Of a stretch of DNA of 64,000 bases, positions 27,750 through 40,900 are shown one piece after another. The position numbers were made by a program, and so were the translations under genes. The DNA is from Marsupella aquatica. Lineage: Eukaryota > Plantae > Marchantiophyta. The notes beneath the pieces were generated by a model, which saw only the letters and a list, made by a program, of their open reading frames with translations, had not been told where the DNA came from and did not search any database. How positions within the stretch are numbered: position 1 is the stretch's first letter; each line of letters starts with the position of its first letter. The DNA is taken from positions 11,286,238 through 11,350,237 of the forward strand of contig OZ316892.1 of assembly GCA_973895155.1 (NCBI GenBank), written 5' to 3'.

Positions 27750-30492
27750 GAACCCATTTTCCTCACAGGTCTTTCACATTCCAAATTATTGGAGGGTTAG
27801 ATGATTTAGCCACTCTTCTTGGCGGGAATTAAACCCCCTAATAATTTGAACCAAGAAAATTTGGCCTGTGTGGGTGCCAATGGGATGCTCCAATCTATGT
27901 ACTTGATAGCACTTTTAGACACCTGAACTCAAAATCCTGCACACAGCATTTTGAGACTGTTGCAAACTGCAATGAAATCCTGCAACATTTGTTTTTTGAC
28001 CTTGGTCCCACTGATTAGCCATTTTTTATCCACTAAGGTCTAGAGGCTACTGCACACCACCCAAACCGAGGGTGACTCAAACTCTGAGTCTTGTTAATGC
28101 TATGTTATTCTGCTTGATTCCAGATTGTCTCTAAACCTATTTTTAGGTCAAAAATGAAAATGAAAATCACTTTTTATTCCTGAAATCTCTATTTTATTAG
28201 GGACCAATTTACTTAGAATGACCAAACAAAGCACAACCAAGTGAAAGCAAACGAGGCACACAAGGACAAACACTAAACTCAAAAAGAAATGGGCAAATGC
28301 CAACAGGTCATTTTAAAGGGTTTCCCTTTTTCGCCTCTCACCTTGTGTTGTCATGTCTATGGAGAGGATGCCAAGAATCTTCCTTGTGTGAATTTACTGG
28401 ATTAGTTAGTTCGTTAAATCTCCCTGAATTTAAGGATGAGTGTCAGTTTCTGACTAATGGGGTTTGTGCCTAGGTCTGAAAGTAGCTGATCCAAGACGAA
28501 AAGCCTGGTGAATTTTAGTCAAAAGTGGAGAAGACTTTTCCGCGAACTGCATTTTGGCTAAGTTTTGCTCTGAAAAGACACTGATGGAAACCCCAAAAAC
28601 CTACAAAGAAAAAGAAGAAATCAGATATGAATGATGCAAACCCCAACAACCTACAGTAGAACGAAGAAAAAGGAAGAAATTAGACCAGAAAGCCAATTTA
28701 TGAAGGTAAAGTATGAGTTTCGTGTTTGCCATCGTATACAATTGCCGTGATCTTGTCTCCCCTGCTGGGTACATTTAATTTACCTGCCATGCTCTGCCAG
28801 CTCTCTGATATTCCGTTTTTTGCGGTGTAAAAATGTTGTCATACCTTTTGTCATGATGGAGGGAACACCCAAGACTGTAGAAAGTGGGTCCTGTCGTTGT
28901 CCGTTTGACACGAATACGACACAAAAGTATATGCCTCCTGTTTTGATCGATAGCACACAAAAGCTTTGATACTCTTGTTTGCTTTTGTGCATCAGGAAAA
29001 CGTTTTTAAATTGCATTTAAAGTTCCTGAAATGAAATCAAGGGGTCAAATAGTGAACCATCAGGTTTGAGAAGGGACCTGGATGGACCCTCATGAACGGT
29101 CACATTTTACTCACATATTACTTTTTGTGCGTGTGCCCGCTCACACTTTGGTTGCTTGGTACAATTTTGAAATTTTTTCTTTCGATGAAACCCCATGGTC
29201 CTGTTGCACATCAACTTCCCAAACAAGAGGCCGCCTGCATTGACTTGAAATTATGGGACAATTTGCTATTGAGGTGGAAACCCTAGACAGCAGACCTCGA
29301 GCTCTGGCTATGGCTGACTCAACTCAGCGTTCAGTCAGCATGCAAGGGTTTCTGCCTTAGTCCAGACCTACTACATAAGTAAAGACCATAGGAACCTATC
29401 TTCAACATTACAGTCCACCGTGCATAAGTGCACATAGGATGACTGCAAAACCCATTTAAGTGCAAGGTGGGGCCGTCTTCACCAGGTCTTGCACTTAGGC
29501 ACGTTAGACCACACTTGGTTTGACTAAACGCGTCACATGGAGAATAGGACCAACTAGATTTGTACCTGGGATCATACAATGTTTTTTAATTAAAGAGAAT
29601 GTTGGAAGTCTGAGCTTGTCAACACAGTCTTGTGGGGTTAGTGTTAGTCCTGGTCAAGTCTAAACCAGTTAAGATGGAAAGAGACCCTCGCTCTAAGAAA
29701 AATATTCCAAAGTTTTCATTGACTAAGTCTAGATAAAATTTGCACAAGTGGATAATCCACAACGGTTTTTCTTGCTTCACTCCAAATATGTTGTCTAAGA
29801 CTTCTCGGGTCCAAGAAATCCAACAAAGAGGCAAGTATAGGGTAACACTTCATATAACACAATGCCAAAGAACAAAAAGTCCAAACTGCAGCAAAGGTAC
29901 TAAAGCCCACATTTGAGATTCTACTAAAAAGTCTGGTAAAACTCAGGAGTAAAAGGAATAGGAGGTTCCAAAGAGGAATTTAAGACGAAGACTTCCAAAG
30001 ACCTCCATAGAAAATGGCTAAAATAAATCCCCAGGGTAGCAAGCTGCACACACCTCCTCCTTCAGTTGGGTTGCATGGCGAGGTACAAGGGTATGTCTTT
30101 CAAATGGAAACCCAGTTTGGTTTGAATGTTTGAACCCTCAATATCAGGGCCATAAGGAAAGATGGATGGATGGATGATATGTTTAAACTTGAGACCCCAT
30201 GGACCAAACAGTTTCTGATATACAAAACAGGGAGCATTTATGCAAAGGAAAGATAATACTGCAGTTAATGGTAACACGTCAAAGTGGTATATGTGGGCTG
30301 CAGTGGTCTACCCAAATATGTTGTCAAACATGGTGGTCCTAGGAAAACTTCAAGAAAAGGAACAAAGATGGACTGAATTTATAAGAAACCATCAAAAGGA
30401 AATACAGGATGGACACAAATGTTTGACAAGGTGCTTGGATGGACTTACAAAACCCCTAATGTACATAAACTTACCATGTAATTGTACTCACA

Positions 30493-30836
30493 TGTTAGAT
30501 ATTGTTCTAGTCTTGTGACTCATGAGTTAACCACAGTTAGTCTAACTCGGGTTAGGACTTAGCTAATGTTAGCGGTAGTGTTGTTGTGCATATAGCCAGG
30601 GCTGATGCCAGACCCTGGTGGAACTTAGGCTCATTGTTACGGAGCTAATTGAGAGATAGGGAGAGCTTGTGCTGTGGATGCTTGGTATGGCTGGTCGGCC
30701 TAAAGTGCAGTAAAGCTCTTGTGTGTTCCTGTGGACGTAGCCTCATGTGGAGGTGAACCACGTATCTCTCTGTGTCGACTCTTGTGCGTTGGATGGTTCA
30801 TGGGCTTGCCGTTGCGAATGTAGTCTATGCTCAACA
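30493..30836 (+). mobile_element. Solo LTR (Copia-like), 344 bp, with 5-bp TSD
   Basis: TGTT...AACA termini with a perfect TSD TCACA at 30488-92 and 30837-41. Internal GTGGACGTAGCC...GAACCACGTA motif is common in plant Copia LTRs. Confidence 0.88.
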
Positions 30837-31168
30837 TCACATAGCACTTATTATAGTTTTTCAGAGTACTTTGTTTATGTTTTGTTACACTTTTGGTAGA
30901 GTGTGTCCATCCTAATCTTCAAAACCAACTTTAATTTGTGTCTATTGGGGGAACTCATGCTAGTATGCCATGCAACTCCCATGGACCTAGCAGCTTTTCA
31001 GACCCAAAAGTGTTACTCTTTAGCAAAGAGAAGATGCTCTTTAAGTTCAGAGCAATCTTTGAAAACAGTCCATATAAGCTTTTCTCTTTTCTTTTTGTCT
31101 TTCATTAGCCAACTTCCCACCTAGCCACAGCCCCCATTAGCCAGAATGTAATGGTTGTCCTTAAATTC

Positions 31169-31303
31169 ATGGAGATGGGACAGTCAAAAATTAATCTAGG
31201 AAAGTTAGATACTATGGAGATGGGACAGTCAAAAATTAATCTAGGAAAGTTAGATACTATGGAGATGGGGCAGTCAAAAATTAATCTAGGAAAGTTAGAT
31301 ACT
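31169..31303. repeat. 45-bp tandem repeat x3
   Basis: ATGGAGATGGGACAGTCAAAAATTAATCTAGGAAAGTTAGATACT, three near-perfect copies. Confidence 0.95.
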
Positions 31304-31949
31304 AATATACCTGGCATCTTCTCCTCATTTGCCACCCTGGCCAAAAAGAAAAAAACTTAAAAACTAAGCTGATTGCCACTTTTCTTTCATTCAATCAATC
31401 ACCCAGCACTCATTACATTATGGGGTTGGTGCGTGTCAACATTTTCCCGTGGACTATGGTGTCTCTTTAGAAACAACAAATTCTTTGTTGGCATGCAACA
31501 AAAATCTTCCCCGTCCAGACTACAGTCTGGATTGACGCCAGGGGAGAATCTCTGTCTGCTGGCACTTTTTGCAGAAGTCATGACTGTATGAAACTCACGC
31601 ATGCACACAGAATGAGAATCCAGCCCTCTTCTGATTCACAGCTGATTCTCACTTTCGCCAATGATAATCAGCAACGCTCACGCTGTTAACTCGTTCCGTG
31701 ACCTGGAGCCAGACATGCGATCATCCACGACGACGACGGATGATTTCTCTTTTCTTGCTGTTCCTTCCTTTTCTGCCAAGAAATCGGACGATCCACCAGT
31801 GTAACGCGCAATTACCCAAAAAAAAACTTCGTATGTCTTCTACATCGTTCTTTACTCTAGAGGTCAAGTCTGATGAGGTGCCGTGTTCAATTCACAAAGG
31901 TTGCAACTATATATTTTCATCATCGTGATCAGTGCATTTCTTTGGTCCC

Positions 31950-32495
31950 ACGGTGACCAAAGAAATGCTATGATCTTTCCCGAAATCGACAAAGCGAAAT
32001 GAGTTACATCCCAGCCAGCCTTTGAAGCTGGCAATCCAGGCTACGGTGACCAAAGAAATGCTATGATCTTTCCCGAAATCGACAAAGCGAAATGAGCCAC
32101 ATCCCAGCCAGCCTTTGAAGCTGGCAATCCAGGCTTTCTTTCTTTCTTTCTTTCTTTCTTGGTTAAGCCATCTTTTCAACTCATGAGCTTGCTTGAGAGC
32201 CCAGGTCCACGAGTAAAACATTTTGCATTGCAACAAAAAAGTGTGTTGCATCACAAACTCGGTCGCGAATGGAGGTCGGTCCACATGCGCTCTAAGTAGA
32301 ATGAGATGGACGTAGCTTTCTTTCTTTCTTTCTTTCTAACTTGGTTAAGGCATCTTTTCAACTCATGGGCTTGCTTGGGAGCCTAGGTCCATGACTGAAA
32401 ATATTCTGCACTGCAACAAAAGAAGTGTGTTATATGCCAACCTCATAGCAAATGGAGGTCTGTCCACTTGAGCTCTAAGTAGGTTGAGGTAGACG
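31950..32495. repeat. Two adjacent tandem duplications (93 bp x2, then ~180 bp x2 each headed by (TTTC)n)
   Basis: CGGTGACCAAAGAAATGC... at 31951 and 32044; TTGGTTAAG.CATCTTTTCAACTCATG... at 32159 and 32341. Confidence 0.9.
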
Positions 32496-34324
32496 CAAAA
32501 TAATTTGAACCATGATCTCGCATGATGAGGTCGCTCCACGTAAGAGCTTGGTGAACAGGATGCAGGGGACTACAGGAGCCATCAAAAAGCAGGGATCTTC
32601 CCGTTCCTTGACCCATGTCTGTACGTGGGAGCCGTTCTGGTACTTACAGTAAGAGAATTCTCCCCTTTGATGTGAGGGAATTTTGCATTTGAAAGAGGCA
32701 ATGTCTTGAGTACAGGACTGCGATACAGCACTTCATGTGTTAGATACTATACTCTCGCTTTGCAGGAGTGCTGTATCTATCTAGCATAAAGCAATTGCAC
32801 TGAATCTTGGCTCAAGTAAAAACCTGCTGAGAACGTCCGTTTCTAAATGACCCCGCAGTGAGTGACACAATTCAGCTGACGATTCTAAATATTCTAGAGA
32901 ATCTGATTAAAACGTAACGCACTTGGATGGTCGATTGTAATCTGACGAGCATGAATTGTGTTTGGGATACACTCAATTAATCACCAAACCCGCTGTACGT
33001 AAAGACATAATGTGCTAGTGCAAGTTAGGGCTTAGGGTTTAGGGTTCAATCCCCACGATCACTCCGGGTCGTTGGATTATAATAGACAGTCTGAACACTT
33101 TCACAGACTCTCCCGCAATCCTTAGTTTCACGGGCCAAATTTCCCAGCTGCTTTCTCCGAGAAAACACAGAAATCCGGGAGACATATACTCATGGCCGAA
33201 ATTTGTACTCAGCACTTGATGCAGTTTTCAGCACTACCAACAAGCTCAATACTATCCTAACAAGCTGGTATCACCAAACATGGCTAGAGTGATACGGGCC
33301 AGGGCAAAAGGTTCAAAAGGATTGGTGGGGATTCTTTTCTTCTAGTTCCCTTGCTTGTACAAGATCCAGGTGAGTAACTTATGTCCCTCTCGTCAAATGG
33401 GTCTTGGTCACTGGATCAACTGGGTCTTGGTCACTGGCTTGTGGGCAACTGGGCCTTGTGACTGGATCATCCATGCAAAAGAGCTTTGCGATATGTCACG
33501 TTCTAAATAGTTCACTCATCAGCAAAGTTCCGTCATGCCTATCAAATGGTGCTCCTTCAAAATACATAATCGTCTCAGCTTCTGCTATTATTCAGGGTCT
33601 AGGACTAGACGGTCTTAAATTGGCATGCATGACGCGTGGGAAATTCTGTTAGTGTAGAGCACAAACGTCAGAATGTGAAATTGAACTCTCGACAGGGCGC
33701 CTGATTTGAAATCCAGATTTGAACAATACACGTTGAGCTAGACTCAAGGCAATGGCATTTGATTGGTTATCCTCGTCACGCCAGTTTTTCAGGTTCCTAC
33801 CTGGGAGATTCCAGTTACCGGATGATAGACACGATGTCGGTGAGAAGATCCGAGACTCAGTCTTGCTTGATAACCTATCACTCTCCTCAACCCACAATCT
33901 CCTTGAAATCAGCAATTTGTGGCCCGTCATGCCGAGAGCTGTTTGCCCTTGCCTACTAGGTACGAGACATGTTCTAATTGACACCCTGGTTGCCATCCTG
34001 TCTTTAAAACGTTAAAAGCTCACGAAGGAGACATGTTCTAATTGACACTCTGGCTGTCAACTGTAGAGAGGAGCCCACGAAGGCTATTTTAGAACATTTA
34101 AGGATGCACAAATGGCGACGGTGGTAGATATCCTGTCCGTGACGACGCGGTGATGGTCCTCACAAGCTCTTCTGACTCAGGATTCAATTGTAATAAGCGT
34201 TGATTTCATCTGTCCTCTGACGTTGTGGCCTTCCACGTACAACACTCCAGCTGTCGAGATGTTCAGCTATTTCCACAGAGCTGTATTAAGAGGAAGTAAA
34301 TTTCCTAGTGCTCAGTACGATAGA

Positions 34325-34930
34325 TTCAAAACCCCGGTTTGACCTTGCCCGTCAAACTGGCCGAAAATTATCGGCAAATCGGCAACCCGGCACCCGGGTT
34401 CGGGAGCAGTCCGGGCCGGGACAAGTTCGGGAGACATTCGGGCCGGGTTCGGGCGAGGTTTGGGGGAGGTCGGGGGAGTTCGGGGGAGTTCGGGCGAGTT
34501 CGGGCGAGGGGGAGTCTGGGCCGGGTTCAGGGGAGTTCGGGTGAGGTTCGGGGGACCGGGAGTTCAGGGTAGGTCGGGGGAGTTCGGGGGAGGGTCGGGG
34601 GAGTTCGGGGGAGTTCGGGAAGGGTCCGGGTTCGGGTCCGGGGGAGTCCGGGACTCTAAACCCCGCCCTCCTTCCCCCAGCCCCGACCCCAGACCCGGCC
34701 CCGGCTGGCTGCCACCCCGAACCAGGGTCCGGGGGAGTCCGGGAAGGGTCCGGGTGAGTTCGGGAGGAGTCCGGGAAGGGTCCGGGGGAGTCCGGGTGAA
34801 TTCGGGAGAATATTGTGGAATATCCATCAAATTGGTCATTTTTGAGCCGTCATTTGACAGTTTGACGTGCCCGGCAAGCCGTCAACTTGCCCGTCAGGTT
34901 AAACCGGGTTCAAAATGGTTAAACCCGATG
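34325..34930. mobile_element. GC-rich non-autonomous foldback element (hAT-like?) with an internal GGGGAGTTC/GGGTCCG array
   Basis: Imperfect inverted ends AACCCCGGTTTGACCT / AGGTTAAACCGGGTT and CGTCAAACTG / CAGTTTGACG. Many GTTCGGG/GTCCGGG motifs. Exact termini and TSD not resolved. Confidence 0.55.
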
Positions 34931-35698
34931 TATGAAATGAATGCCTTGAGATTAGCTGGGCCTCACAGCTTTCTACATCACTCCGCTTGCCCTTCTCATC
35001 AGTCACCCCAACTGTCTGATGCAATTACCCATGCGATGCATTCAAAAGTTGTTGCTGGCCAAAATTAGTCGGATCCTGCACAGTTTGATTTATTCCTTTG
35101 AATAGCTAATCTATTTGTTGTGTCGATCGTTTCAAACAGTTCAGTTACAGACAGGCCACATTCAACCATCAACACCCATTCCTTTAGGCGTTACAATTGA
35201 TCCTTTTGTGATAATACCTGAAAAGCTAAATACTAAAGTTGACTCACAGAATCATGACATGCCATTGACGCAGAGTCTCAGCATGCATGATCCAACACCG
35301 CCCCCTTCCCTCCCTGCTCCCCAAAAGAAAACAAATATCACACGCACAAAAACATTCAAAGTGGTGGGTAAATGCATCCAACTCTTTCATAGGTCAATTA
35401 CCGGGCAATTTCATCTCTATAATAAAACAGCGTCATGTCCTCTGCTCATGTTTTGCAAAGATTCCCTATCTCTGGATTATAAAAGGTTTCAATACAGCTA
35501 AAATTCACTCAAAGATGGGAAATAGAATACAATTGAACAGATATATGCTTTGTAACAGGAAGGTTTTAAGAGATACAATCACAGGTCCTCAATGTAAGGA
35601 AGAGGAACCTGCATAATATACATACAAAATTCCTTTTATATCAAACCACTAGATGTGGATGAGCTTCACAGACCCATCCATCAGACCAAAGTCTCTAT

Positions 35699-37780
35699 TT
35701 ACTTATTTGCGGGTGTAAACTTCAAGGAAATACTGTTCACACAGTGCCTCTCATCCGTAGGTGTGGGAAACCCCTCACCCTTGAAAGTATGGCCCATATG
35801 ACCACCGCATGCAGTACATGTTATCTCAATTCGGTGCCCGTCTGCATCAGGCTGCCGTATAGAACTTTACGTCAGAAAAAGGAACTCGATTGCAGCAACA
35901 CTAAAGACGTATACGTGTTTCAAAGGCTACAATATTATGTATTGTCCACTTTACTCGTGGCTACAAAATCAGAATGACAATATAAATTCCGAATTATCTA
36001 TCGAAAGGTTGAAGTGATATCATGACAGTTTAGGCCTCCAGATTTCAAAGAAGTTATGCATAGATGAGTCTCAGTGTCCCAGTTAAGTTCACAGAAGACA
36101 ATACATCAATACATTTAGTTAAAGGCAGTTAGTAACAGTGGGCGACTTATAGATACAGCTATAAGTCGCCCGTTGTGGCAAATAGTACTGCTCCGGTTGA
36201 AGTGCAGGCATTTAGCTACTCCAACAATCAAATTCCAACTGGAAAGTAATATGGTGCCTAACGAAACAGAGCTATCCACCAAGTACACGTAGAAATTGCG
36301 ATTACAATCCAAGGGCTTAACATCTTCCTATACAGAACTTGTAGGTTAGGCAGTGCTCATGATAGAGCACAAAATAGCCACGTTAAGGAATGGGGCGATC
36401 ACTTCTGTGCAAGGACGTGGTGGCTACCAACAAATGTATAAAGTAGAAGATATATATATCCTCCTATAAAAGAATTGACGAGTAAGATAATTACGCAGAA
36501 TAGTTCGTAAGTTTTGAACTTCTGTTGAGCATAGGCTGAGGATCTTGAGAAAGTCCTGAACGAGGAGCAAAGAAACCAAAATATGCACAAATGTATCAGC
36601 AGGAGAACGTACCGTTTCTGTTATAGCTCCGGGTAATCCTTCGTAGAATGCAGGCCACCCGCACCCTGAGTTAAACTTCGTTGTCGATTTGTACAGAGGA
36701 GTTCCACAGGCAGCACATTCATAAATGCCATCTTCGTCAAACTTGTCGTACTCCCCAGTACCTGCCCATCTGCACGCCCACGCAGTATATCGATTAACGA
36801 AGTACAGTAGTGACTACATCGGCTACAGACCAGAACAAGAGATACGTGGAACACGAAAGAGACGAGCAGCCGAACGAGGAGGTAACAATCATCAGGGACG
36901 AGACTTCAAATCTATACCAGAACGAAAGTGATAGGCTTGACTTTGAAGGCTACGAACCCTAGCCCGATCAAGAGATATTGGCGACATGAAGAGGCAGAAG
37001 CAAAAGCAAGTGATGCCAATCGTCAAACAGGAACTGACTGGCATCACAACCACAGCCATAACACATTCGAAACCTAACACCTTACACTCACTCCAGTAGA
37101 CAGTTCCTTCTCACGGCAATTGATTGCTTTGGCCTACCTGGCAATCCGTTCCGCAAACAACTAAACAAAGACGGAAACTAGTGTCCGGATCTAGCAAAAA
37201 TTGCTCACTCAATTCCTTTCAACCTTGGAATTCGAAACTGTTCCTCTCCGTAACTCACCATCAAGAGCCATTGCTCTGAAAGCCTAGGGCCTTCGGAATT
37301 GCTTCTAGAATTTTTGAACCGGTTAGCCTCTAGAGTCTAAACCCTAAAAATTTGACATTATCGTACGAGCAGGCCAGCGAGAACAGATGTAACTCACTCG
37401 GTTCCCTTCTGCCTCAGAATTCGAAATTGCTCAGGAGAGAGCACTGTCATCCACTCCTCCTCGCTCTTCTCGACCTTCGGGATGCTTGGAGCCGCATCGC
37501 TGGACGCCATTGCCACCTGCAATTGCCGCTGCCGCTGCTCTCGAGGAACTCGGAGCACGTTTTGAAATCCGCTGAAGAGCGCCCAGGGCGCAGACGACAG
37601 AGAGGAAGAGAGTAGAGGAATTGTTCGATTAATCGAAAGTGCCGCTGCTGCTGCTGACTGAGCTGCTCTTGAGGCAGAGGCAGACGCAGAAGCAGACGAA
37701 GCGGGAGCAGCTTGAACTAACAAGAACGTGGTGGTGAGAATCTTCGAGCTAAAGCAGGCCGCTGCTGCACCTCCGGCCAT
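35699..37780 (-). CDS. MSRB: Peptide methionine (R)-sulfoxide reductase B, 2-Cys MSRB2-like, with probable plastid transit peptide, 230 aa
   Basis: Exons 37780-37398 (phase 2), 36769-36613 (phase 0) and 35851-35699, all GT-AG. Motifs: [99 protein letters not shown]. Two Zn-binding CxxC pairs plus resolving and catalytic Cys; Ala/Ser-rich N-terminus. Confidence 0.96.
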
Positions 37781-38819
37781 GTTCGTTCGATTTCTTTCTC
37801 GTTCTTTCTGCTTGCTGCTGCAGCTTCGACACTACACCACGACCGTATCTGGAGCCGTCTTCCTGCGCTGAATGGGAGTAATCCTTCGTCTCTGGCTCAT
37901 CCTTCGCGCACTAGTTCCCATGGACGATGCAACAGTGTTGGTTCACACTAAAACCCAATTGACAATTCGCCATAGGGATCTTTCAGTATCATAATTATCC
38001 AAAGCGCAGCAGACATGATTGTGGGCTCACCTTCACCATTAGCAGCTCGACGTGTAACGCTGCAGTGCATGCCTTCAGCTCCTCTTTCGGTCCAGTTGTT
38101 GAGGTGGGCATCCGCCATTTGTCCCCTACCACTCTCCAGAAAGTTCATATCTGATTTGGCTGAGAAAACAACGCCCAAGATAGCGCCACGATGTTGTATC
38201 TACCCAGATTTACTAATTTGTCGCTCGGCTTTTGTCTAATTACATTGGTCACCTTAATTATCTTTGTTAAAACATTTAGTGTTATGTAAGGATTAGCGTT
38301 AGTACTGGTCTTTTGGGTGGTATTTAGGGCGCTTTTGGTGTGCATTAGTGGCTTTTCATTCTGGCCCCCTCTGGATGTTGTACCTTCCGTATTGTTAAAT
38401 GTGCTGCTTGCTTCCCCCCTTCCTAGGTTTTTCACAGTTGATTAAGTACAAGACAAAATATTTTGAGGAAGCTTAGCGTTACTGTAAAATTTAGTGTTAC
38501 TAACACTGATTTTTGGTGAAACTCATCTTCAGTCCAAAGTAAACTAATTCTTCTTGGTTATTCAAAATACCTTTTCTCAGTTTGGTTTGCCCTGCTAGTA
38601 AAAAATGGGTGATCTTGAGTCCAAAGTAACACTAATTCATGCATACGGAATTAGTATTATAACAAATTAGTGTGAATAATACTAGTTCATGGGTAGAGCC
38701 CAAAAATGTTTGCTCTTGAATTAGAGTTAGTAACACTAATTAAGGTTAACAGTGTAGATACTTGCCACTCATTTCAGTTTAATTATTACTAGCTGGAATG
38801 CTTGACGGCATTTTGGAAG

Positions 38820-40900
38820 GATAGGAAGCTGACATCTAGAGCTTTGGCAGGAGTTATTACCACTATGCTCACTTTGACTGAGACGATTATTGGTAATATA
38901 CTGGCCAATAGTTCAAAGGTGTTGCCTGTGAGTTAGTTTGATGGATAGCCAACTGGCTTCTTGGATGGTAGGGACATTCTGGACAACCTGCTTACATACG
39001 TTCGCCCAAGAGTTTGAGTCTCTTAGTAAGGAACAAATCAATTTTCTCAAGTTTGACTTCCCTAAAGGCTTACAATAAAGTGGCTCACTTGTTTTTGTGG
39101 GTGGTGTTGAGAGCCATGAAGAGCATGTCATCCTTCTGGTGAAAAGGCTAGTGGAGCAAACTCAGTCCAAGGTCCACATCAGGTTGATTCATTGATCCCA
39201 TCAGCCTGCTGCGAGTGGACAGGGCTGCCCCTTCTCACCGATCCTTTTTACTCTCACTGCCCAACCTCTGATGGTGTTAGTTAAGAAGCAAGTACAGTAG
39301 TTAGTGGGGAGCTGGAAGGTTTGAAATTTGCAAACAGGAGAGCCTATGCCACAAACTTTTTGCTAACCACACCGGATTGTTTTTGGAAGCCATTGAAGGG
39401 GAATTTCAGAGGGCCTGTGGAATTGTGCAGCAGTATAACAACATCTCTCGTGCCCTGCTAAAAGTGCAACTATTATTAAAAAAAACATCCCTATCTATCT
39501 CAGTAAGGGGAGATACCAAGCTTGGCTACATAAGTTGGGTCTCAAATTGCTAGAATTTAGGAGCTGATTGGATACCTTGGCTGCCCAATTGGTTAAAAGG
39601 TTTGCCCTTCTCAAGGGACTGCCTTTCTGCTGGAAAAACTAAGGAAAAGGCTCAATCATTGGTCTAAATGGAGCCTCACTATGGTAGGCTCCTCCATTCT
39701 TTTAAGACATGTGCTCCGGTAGATCCTTATGTGTCGTCTGAGGGTGATGGGCCTGTACCGCAATGCATAAAATGGGATGGAGAAAATATGTTTACGATTT
39801 CCTTTGGGGACCCATGAGGCTGATGGCAACAAAAAGGCCCTCATTGCTTGGAACATCACCTCCGGGACCAGCTCCTTGGGGGCCTTGGCATCCTCCCTTT
39901 TGAGGATCATGCTCAAGCTCTGAAAAATGAGGCACACTGTCGAGCTACTTAATGGGGAGACAAATGGCCAATGAGATCATCAAAAACAACTTGAGAACTG
40001 GACCTCGCAAGAAGGAGGGGCGAAAGTGGACCCTGTCTGAAGCTATGCTGCTCTGTCCAGACAACCATCAGGGGTTCCCCTACTATAGGTGGGTTGCTAG
40101 GGGGATGGACGGGGAAATGTGACCAATTGCATTTTCTTTTTGGAGAAGGATTGCTATTGAGTGGGCTTACCATTGAGCAGACATTCTTCTGTATAAAAGG
40201 AATAAATGATTTCTGAACAGAGCCAGGTTGACCTTAGGAGGTACTTGGCAAACCAGGGGATTAAGTACATCTTGGATTTGAGAAACCAGGACCAGCAGTG
40301 GATTCAAGCGAAGGAAATTAACCAGGGGATTGGATCAACCAAACAGGTGGGTTTTCAGGAATTCTTGGCTTTCCATTCTAAACTGACCCCGTGGGACAAG
40401 ACTATAGAAGAGGCTTTGTTCCAGAGTTCTGGGTGGACGTGGAATTGGAACTGGAGAGTGAAGAAATGTGGGTGGAAATCTCCTAACAGGGTGTGAATGG
40501 GCTGGGTTGCACCTGGCGGACACAACGTACACCACCAAACTGAACCACAGATGAGGACACATTGGTACAATGGTGAACTAGCAGCAACAATGGAAGATGT
40601 TGTGGGGTGCGTGGGCTTTGCCCAAAGTTAGTTTCTTCATATGGATATTATTCAATCATGGATTTTTCACTAACAGGAGGACCAGTCATTGGAGTGTTAG
40701 TGATGGCTTGTGTGAGAAATAATGCAACCTCCAATTTTAACATACTGAACACCTCTTTTTCAGTTACTGCAAAGTCAACGCCCAGTGGCCCTTTTGGCTT
40801 GGGCAGTATTGCCCTCTTGCTTCCCATTTGGATTAAAGTTAAATTCTACAAAGCCTGAATGCAAAAGCTTTGTTCAGATATGTGTAGATTGTGAGACTAT
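38820..40900 (+). mobile_element. Decayed L1-clade non-LTR retrotransposon (RT plus C-terminal Cys-rich zf-RVT region), 5'-truncated
   Basis: Frameshifted RT motifs in the expected order: FLKFDF.KAY.KV.H (~39043), QGCP.SPILF (~39220), FA(N)HT for FADDT (~39358), YLGCPIG (~39573), RLNHWS (~39650), WLLFNHGFFT (~40642), EHLFFSYC (~40747). Confidence 0.85.

Noticed and set aside
33024-33055. TTAGGGCTTAGGGTTTAGGG followed by GTTCAATCCCC (telomere repeat or tRNA B-box)
   Set aside because: Only three imperfect telomeric units and no cloverleaf or A-box; at most a telo-box-like site.
33280-33345. Short ORF MARVIRARAKGSKG resembling the ribosomal protein uL2/RPL8 N-terminus
   Set aside because: Similarity ends after ~10 residues and a stop follows; probably chance.
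34460-35068. 202-aa Gly-rich ORF
   Set aside because: Artefact of the GGGGAGTTC repeat array.
35699-35851. Selenocysteine-type MsrB
   Set aside because: The catalytic residue is a normal Cys codon (RHCVNS) and there is no in-frame TGA.
37092-37137. Possible 46-nt poison cassette exon in MSRB intron 1
   Set aside because: Only splice-like dinucleotide contexts with a weak acceptor; cannot be supported without RNA data.
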